A program made the translations under genes and the position numbers. A stretch of DNA of 64,000 bases, taken from positions 49,165 through 113,164 of IMG/VR virus record IMGVR_UViG_3300043436_001870. The stretch is one strand, 5' to 3'. A model generated the notes under the pieces. The model saw only the letters and a program-made list of their open reading frames with translations, had not been told where the DNA came from and made no database searches. The stretch is from a virus. Below, in pieces: positions 59,293-64,000 of this stretch (within the stretch, counting starts at the first letter, position 1; each line of letters starts with the position of its first letter).

Positions 59293-59477
59293 TATTTATA
59301 CCCTCCACCTTTAGACTTGTACTCTCTTGCAAGCATCTGAGCCTTTCTAGCAGACCATTCTCCAGGATCTCCACCCTTAGAGCCAGCTTTAATCTTGTTA
59401 AATAAAGACTTTCTCATACTAGGTTTAGTATAATTACCAGCCTCATTTACTTTGGATTTACTTTTTTTTACAGCCAC
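59292..59477 (-). CDS. Small basic protein, N-terminal half of a DUF5872-like protein
   Basis: YTKP.MRK.LF..IKAGSKGGDPGEWSARKAQMLAREYK.KGGGY; GTG start; TAATG coupling to the next gene. Confidence 0.75.
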   Translation of the reverse strand: MAVKKSKSKVNEAGNYTKPSMRKSLFNKIKAGSKGGDPGEWSARKAQMLAREYKSKGGGYK

Positions 59478-59598
59478 AGTCTTTCATTTTAGTTGGGTAA
59501 ATGGATTGAATACTCCCTCCGTTTTTAGCAGAAGGAGTACTCTTACCATATGAAATCATGTTCTTCTTTTCATCAGAAGAAAGAATTGGACGGTTCAT
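59458..59598 (-). CDS. Small basic protein (46 aa)
   Basis: MNRPILSSDEKKNMISYGKSTPSAKNGGSIQSIYPTKMKDCGCKKK*. Starts 2 nt after the previous stop and carries an AKNGG motif. Not in the ORF track. Confidence 0.65.
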   Translation of the reverse strand: MNRPILSSDEKKNMISYGKSTPSAKNGGSIQSIYPTKMKDCGCKKK

Positions 59599-59600
59599 GG

Positions 59601-59855
59601 TTATTTCTTCTTACCCATTTTCTTCATTGTACCACCTCTCTTCATCTTGCCACCATACAGTCTTGATGGTTGTCCACCAGGAACTACATTAGCACTAGGA
59701 TTCATATTAGGAGTTACTCCTTTTGTACTAGGAGTAGTTTCAACAGATACTGAAGCATTTGCATTCTTCATGCCACCAGTCATCATTTTTTTAGCACCAC
59801 CTGCCATCATTTTCTTAGTACCACTATAGCTCATTTTTTTACTAGCCTTTTTCAT
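59601..59855 (-). CDS. Small Lys/Met/Gly-rich protein (84 aa)
   Basis: Repeats KKMSYSG, KKMMAGG, KKMMTGG, RLYGG, MKRGG. Confidence 0.8.
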   Translation of the reverse strand: MKKASKKMSYSGTKKMMAGGAKKMMTGGMKNANASVSVETTPSTKGVTPNMNPSANVVPGGQPSRLYGGKMKRGGTMKKMGKKK

Positions 59856-59891
59856 CTTATTGAAATTAAAATTGTTACACTATTAATATAA

Positions 59892-60908
59892 TCATTGATT
59901 CCAATACTTCTCAACTTTTTTTATCAAGTTTACAAGTATTTCCTCATTTAGTGGATTCTTTAAGTATTCTACAACATCTGCTGGTGTTCTTCCCATCAAT
60001 GCTGAAGACTGTGAGTCATAGATAAATCCATCTGCTTTGGTCAAAATAAACTTGTAGTAAGTAGCATCTTTAACCATTGCACGGATCTTCAATGTCTCCA
60101 TATCCTTATCAGCCGTGTCAAGGAACATCTGAGCAGCACGATTTGCATTCTTCTCAGAACCCTCTCCATTAATGAAGGTATCCATGTTATCATAGAGTAC
60201 ATCATTAGGAGTTGTCTTTTTGTACTGCACACTTGCAGTATCTACAACCTTAGCAATATAGAACAACTTATTTGTGTTCTTATTGAATAATTTCTCCAAC
60301 TCAGCAAGAGCTTTGTTACGAAGTTTCTTACTTTCAGTTTTAGTTGATACAGTTTCTTCAAACTTATCAAGGTAAAACTTAGGTGCCTTTGGCTTCATTC
60401 TAGCCTCTTCATAACTTCTACATACAATTGAAAATCCTCCAGCCTCAATTGCATAGAGCTTTATCAAATCATATGGATCTTTCTGTGGCTCCAAAAAGAG
60501 TGGTTCATTACCACATCTAATTGTAATCTTGCTCCAGAACTCATCATTATCCGGTCTGAGAAGTTTAACCTTATTCCAAAACTCTTTGTCATCAGTATCA
60601 ATAACATTTGCAGCAAGTTCTCTTTCAAGTTGTGCTACTATTGTTCTAATCTCCTTGACCTTAGCTTCTCTGTCTTCTTGATCCCTAATTAGTTTTACCT
60701 CAGGGGCAAACTCATTAAGTCCGGTTACATACCGTTTAATACCATTGAGCTCAATACATGCTAGTTGTTCTTCTTGGAAGACACCATCATATAGAGCAAG
60801 GCCATATTGTTCAAGGCCCATGTTTTGCACCTTACTATTAAAGTAAGGCTTGATCATAATAGGTCCACGCTTAATACCTGGATCTGATTCAATTAATGTA
60901 AAACTCAT
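59892..60908 (-). CDS. Conserved capsid-module protein (338 aa), function unknown
   Basis: Long ORF downstream of the MCP with RYVTGL and EYLKNPLNEEI motifs; preceded by TAAAACCAACA. Confidence 0.7.
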   Translation of the reverse strand: MSFTLIESDPGIKRGPIMIKPYFNSKVQNMGLEQYGLALYDGVFQEEQLACIELNGIKRYVTGLNEFAPEVKLIRDQEDREAKVKEIRTIVAQLERELAANVIDTDDKEFWNKVKLLRPDNDEFWSKITIRCGNEPLFLEPQKDPYDLIKLYAIEAGGFSIVCRSYEEARMKPKAPKFYLDKFEETVSTKTESKKLRNKALAELEKLFNKNTNKLFYIAKVVDTASVQYKKTTPNDVLYDNMDTFINGEGSEKNANRAAQMFLDTADKDMETLKIRAMVKDATYYKFILTKADGFIYDSQSSALMGRTPADVVEYLKNPLNEEILVNLIKKVEKYWNQ

Positions 60909-60932
60909 GTTGTGTTGGTTTTAAAAACAAAT

Positions 60933-61409
60933 TTAAGAAAGTTGTGGGATTACTGTATAAAAAAATGATAGAGTATCAATATCCCCTGTAGTAGCAATAT
61001 TATTAACACGCACTCCAACTTTACCATCTATTAATGCTGATGCCGTAAGTATTTCTAAAACAGGCATACCATCATCAAATGATCCAAGTGTAAGTTGAAC
61101 AAATGCTGGAGTACTAACTCCTGTAGGCGTTGTGTAAAGAGCTTCATTGAAAACCAAATCAAAGCTTTCTCTACCACCAGGACTAATACCTAAATCATCA
61201 ATTGTTACTATACCACAAGGCTTAGATAAAAGTAAGAAATTATCAGTAGTAAAAGATACTTCATCAGTAGCAATCTCATTACCAATGTACAATGCTGCAC
61301 GGTTTAGGTGTGCCATACGTGCCAAGGCAGCTTCTCCTTCAGATGAAAATTTTTGGATCTGATCAGGAGATGTAGGAAGAACTTTTTTAAGAGGAGGAAT
61401 ATTTGCCAT
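60933..61409 (-). CDS. Probable capsid decoration / head-fibre protein (158 aa; start revised to MANIPP)
   Basis: The longer track start at 61466 runs through the MCP terminator, whereas the ATG at 61409 has an A-rich context. ALARMAHLN followed by a beta-rich domain. Confidence 0.6.
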   Translation of the reverse strand: MANIPPLKKVLPTSPDQIQKFSSEGEAALARMAHLNRAALYIGNEIATDEVSFTTDNFLLLSKPCGIVTIDDLGISPGGRESFDLVFNEALYTTPTGVSTPAFVQLTLGSFDDGMPVLEILTASALIDGKVGVRVNNIATTGDIDTLSFFYTVIPQLS

Positions 61410-61433
61410 TTTATTTTTTGATTTAAAAGTAAA

Positions 61434-61464
61434 TAAAAAAAGGGAGGAGTTGTAGCTCCTCCCC
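61434..61464 (-). terminator. Intrinsic terminator after the major capsid gene
   Basis: GGGAGGAG-CTACAA-CTCCTCCC-TTTTTTT on the minus strand. Confidence 0.9.
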
Positions 61465-61478
61465 ATTTCTATGATTCT

Positions 61479-63101
61479 TTAGAATGATCCACCTGTGATT
61501 GGGTTTCTCATTACAATTTTCAATACTTTGGTTGGGTCTTTTACCCAGATTGCAGGCATTGTCTGTGTCATGAATACTCGGTATCCATTGAACTGACCAG
61601 ATGACTGGAATCCTTGTGTACGGCCCATGTAGTCCATAGTACCGTTTTGGTACCACCACTTCAATTGATTATCCCATGACAACTTCAACAAGAAGATGTT
61701 ATCATTAGTGTTGTCAGTAATGTCAAAGATAATGAAGCTGTAAGATGACAATGGGAAACCATCAATGATTGGGTTTTCAATGTCATTTGTATGCAAGTTA
61801 TCAAATGCTGGGTTCAACACAAACTTCACGTTAGCCAAGAATGGAATAACATATGAAGTAAATGCAAATCCAAAGTTGAGATCCATGCTCTGACCAGAGA
61901 TAGCTCCAATACCTGCATCAGATGCAGCCTGGATTACAAGACCTGAAGCAACAGCCTCACGTTTGATAGCCTCATTTACCATTCTCATACCACCCATACC
62001 AGTCTGTACAATGAGTTGACGTTTAGGATCTGGACCCTTGAACTCAACCTTACCAGCATAGAAGTTGTAGATTTCAGAACGGAACAAATCAAGGTTGAAA
62101 CCAGACTTGTTGTAAACACGCTTGAATGAGTTATCAAGCTGCTTCCAAAGACCCACAGATAGACGGATATCATCTGGACCATCCTGACGTACTCTACCAC
62201 CTTGTCCCCACATGAGGTAAGTCTCAATGTCAGTTGCTACTTTAGTCAAGTGAGCAGCTTCCATTGTGGTTAAGAATGTACGGCTTAATGAACCATTTGA
62301 CATTGCACGTTTAACATAGTCCTTACCCATACGGCTAACCATTGTTTCAAGGTTTGCCACAGCAGGATCAACGTTCTTATCAAAGTTTCTCCAGATCTCA
62401 GTTACAGGTACAGTACCATCAGCATTCAAACCACCCTTGATCATAAGATCAGCACGGCTTGATACAGAATAGTGTACGTGTGCTTCAGCTCCACCTACAA
62501 AGTTGTAGAATTCACGGAAGCCAGTTGCTGTGATGATGTCAGAGAATCTCTCTCCATACTCACCACGTGCAGAACCTTTACGGAAGATCTTTGTACCAGA
62601 TACTAGGTAAGTATCAGCATCAATACCGTTACCAGTATCATTGTTTACAAGCTGTACAGTGTACAAGAAGCCATCACCCAATGGGAGAATGTCATCTGCA
62701 GTGATGTACATTTCAAAACCGTTGTACTTGTCATATGTGATGATATCTCCATGACCAAACTCACGACGAGAGAGTTTAATCTTGAAGGTTTGACCATCAA
62801 CACCTACAATGCCGGTTTCTTGTGAATCAATAATGTAAGGAAGATCTTGTACAACTGGTGTTTGCCACTTGTACTCACCTCTTGCATTATCAACACTAAT
62901 TACGTTCTTACCACCAAAGCTTGACATCTGATAAAGAGGCATTTCAACCTTCTGAGCCATAGCCCAAAGATCTACTGGACCAAGGTCCATTGGCTCTGCA
63001 TTTTTCAGCATGTTAACAAGGTGGTATGAATCTACGTGTGAACTAGCTGCGTAGTTGGTATCTCGTAGAAATATACCATTGTTTAAAACTGGAGTTGCCA
63101 T
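61479..63101 (-). CDS. Major capsid protein (crAss-like, 540 aa)
   Basis: Size, strongly biased codon usage, own terminator, position after the scaffold-like gene; motifs YLMWG, GLWKQL, TGMGGM, IWVKDPTK. Confidence 0.85.
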   Translation of the reverse strand: MATPVLNNGIFLRDTNYAASSHVDSYHLVNMLKNAEPMDLGPVDLWAMAQKVEMPLYQMSSFGGKNVISVDNARGEYKWQTPVVQDLPYIIDSQETGIVGVDGQTFKIKLSRREFGHGDIITYDKYNGFEMYITADDILPLGDGFLYTVQLVNNDTGNGIDADTYLVSGTKIFRKGSARGEYGERFSDIITATGFREFYNFVGGAEAHVHYSVSSRADLMIKGGLNADGTVPVTEIWRNFDKNVDPAVANLETMVSRMGKDYVKRAMSNGSLSRTFLTTMEAAHLTKVATDIETYLMWGQGGRVRQDGPDDIRLSVGLWKQLDNSFKRVYNKSGFNLDLFRSEIYNFYAGKVEFKGPDPKRQLIVQTGMGGMRMVNEAIKREAVASGLVIQAASDAGIGAISGQSMDLNFGFAFTSYVIPFLANVKFVLNPAFDNLHTNDIENPIIDGFPLSSYSFIIFDITDNTNDNIFLLKLSWDNQLKWWYQNGTMDYMGRTQGFQSSGQFNGYRVFMTQTMPAIWVKDPTKVLKIVMRNPITGGSF

Positions 63102-63132
63102 TTTTGTTATTTAACTTAAATTGGTTAATCTA

Positions 63133-64000
63133 TTAATTACGTTTAAAGATGTTACCACCACTTCTGGGAATACGTCTTTGAACTGTTTCTTCTTTCTCAA
63201 TAACAGGCGCACTAGATGTCATCTTAGCTTGCTCTGTTTTTAGAGTTCTAACTGTTTTCTCTACAGTTTCATTAGAACCCTTCTCTTTGATCTTTGCTTT
63301 ATATCCTTCTGGATCAGCAAGTAGCCAAAGTGCTTCTGCAATTAAATCATGTCTTGGTTCTACATATTGATATTTCTCCAATAAGTGCCCAAGCATATTT
63401 GTTTGTTTACCAGAGATAGATGGATAGTTAGGTTGAACAAGTCCGCTATAAAGCATACCTTGTGTCTTTTTATCCAACTTAACACCTCCAAGTTCACCTG
63501 CATTCAATGTTTCATAAACATTAGTCATGTAGGCCTGAGCTGCTGCATGCTGTTGTTTTCTCATTTGCTCTTGTTGAGCAAGTTTTTGAGCAACAACCTG
63601 CTCCTGCATTTTATCAAGCTTTGGCTTGAACTTTAAGGCTTTGCTTTCAAGTTCTTCTCTGTCTTTCCAAGCATAGATTTCTTCATCTATCTCTTCTTCA
63701 GTACCAAAGTTTGTAGCTCTCAAGTACTCTCTTATAATAGATTCTTGATCTTTAGGATTCTTTGGATCAAGTGTTCTCTTTTCTTCTACTTCTGAGAGTA
63801 CACGGAAAAGACCTTTTAAATCTTCTCCACCATCTGCTACATATTTTGCAGCTACTTGAAGTTCTTCTGGCAAGGCGTCAAAAAACTCAACTGGTACTTC
63901 TTGCTTTACTTTGTTTTCTCTTTCAGCAAAGTTTGCTTCAATGAGTTCCTCAAAGTCATTTAAAGAATACTCTTCAATTGGCTTATCATCATCAAATGGG
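63133..64000 (-). CDS. Acidic helical scaffold-like protein upstream of MCP (5' truncated)
   Basis: Frame is open to the window edge (PFDDDKPIEEYSLNDFEELIEANF...) beyond the TTG start of the track; acidic coiled coil. Confidence 0.7.
   Translation of the reverse strand, partial: PFDDDKPIEEYSLNDFEELIEANFAERENKVKQEVPVEFFDALPEELQVAAKYVADGGEDLKGLFRVLSEVEEKRTLDPKNPKDQESIIREYLRATNFGTEEEIDEEIYAWKDREELESKALKFKPKLDKMQEQVVAQKLAQQEQMRKQQHAAAQAYMTNVYETLNAGELGGVKLDKKTQGMLYSGLVQPNYPSISGKQTNMLGHLLEKYQYVEPRHDLIAEALWLLADPEGYKAKIKEKGSNETVEKTVRTLKTEQAKMTSSAPVIEKEETVQRRIPRSGGNIFKRN

Larger units (their letters stand above)
500..64000 (-). other. Virion/late gene module of a crAss-like (Crassvirales-related) Bacteroidota podophage
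   Basis: Co-directional, tightly packed genes in crAss-like order: scaffold, MCP, ring proteins, IHF-like, muzzle, cargo proteins, giant DFDID-type virion RNAP. A-rich, SD-less start contexts are typical of Bacteroidota. Confidence 0.9.

Noticed and set aside
61410-61466. N-terminal extension MGRSYNSSLFLFTFKSKNK of the 177-aa ORF
   Set aside because: It overlaps the MCP terminator hairpin; the ATG at 61409 is the more plausible start.
565-63944. Numerous short plus-strand ORFs and out-of-frame minus-strand ORFs in the track
   Set aside because: They are shadows of long minus-strand genes, with no start context or recognisable motifs.
1-64000. Stop-codon reassignment (known in some crAss-like phages)
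   Set aside because: Genes up to 11.6 kb are open in the standard code and coding density is near complete, so no recoding is needed.
1-64000. CRISPR array, tRNA or rRNA genes, DGR template/variable repeats
   Set aside because: Intergenic gaps are short (mostly under 130 bp). I saw no spaced repeats, cloverleafs, reverse transcriptase or adenine-specific repeat pairs.

Overview
The window is the virion (late) module of a large crAss-like / Bacteroidota-type podophage, read in the standard genetic code. It lies almost entirely on the minus strand and converges at about 480 on the end of a plus-strand module (MazG-like gene, possible Acb2/Tad1-like sponge). In transcription order it encodes: scaffold-like protein (partial), major capsid protein, capsid accessory proteins, a cluster of small basic proteins interrupted by an endonuclease VII-type cassette, ring protein, ferritin, a Cys-rich fibre block (BNR/VWA/FN3), IHF-like protein, two ring proteins, muzzle protein, and seven large cargo/ejection proteins. 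The cargo set includes a 3880-aa virion RNA polymerase with a DFDID motif. The most unusual signals are: (1) a 2473-aa cargo polyprotein divided into modules (peptidoglycan hydrolases, kinase-like, ADP-ribosyltransferase-like) by a recurring GG-W-L-x-K-Y-Q delimiter, part of a wider hydrophobic-x-x-G-G motif shared by cargo and small basic proteins; (2) three giant ejection proteins that appear Cys-free except for single cysteines facing each other across the gene junctions; (3) an SF1 helicase fused into the virion RNAP; (4) a 3'-UTR hairpin whose loop is the exact complement of an 11-mer just upstream of two start codons; (5) an endonuclease cassette that appears to have replaced the 3' end of its target gene. 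All family assignments come from motif recognition by eye and no database searches were run.
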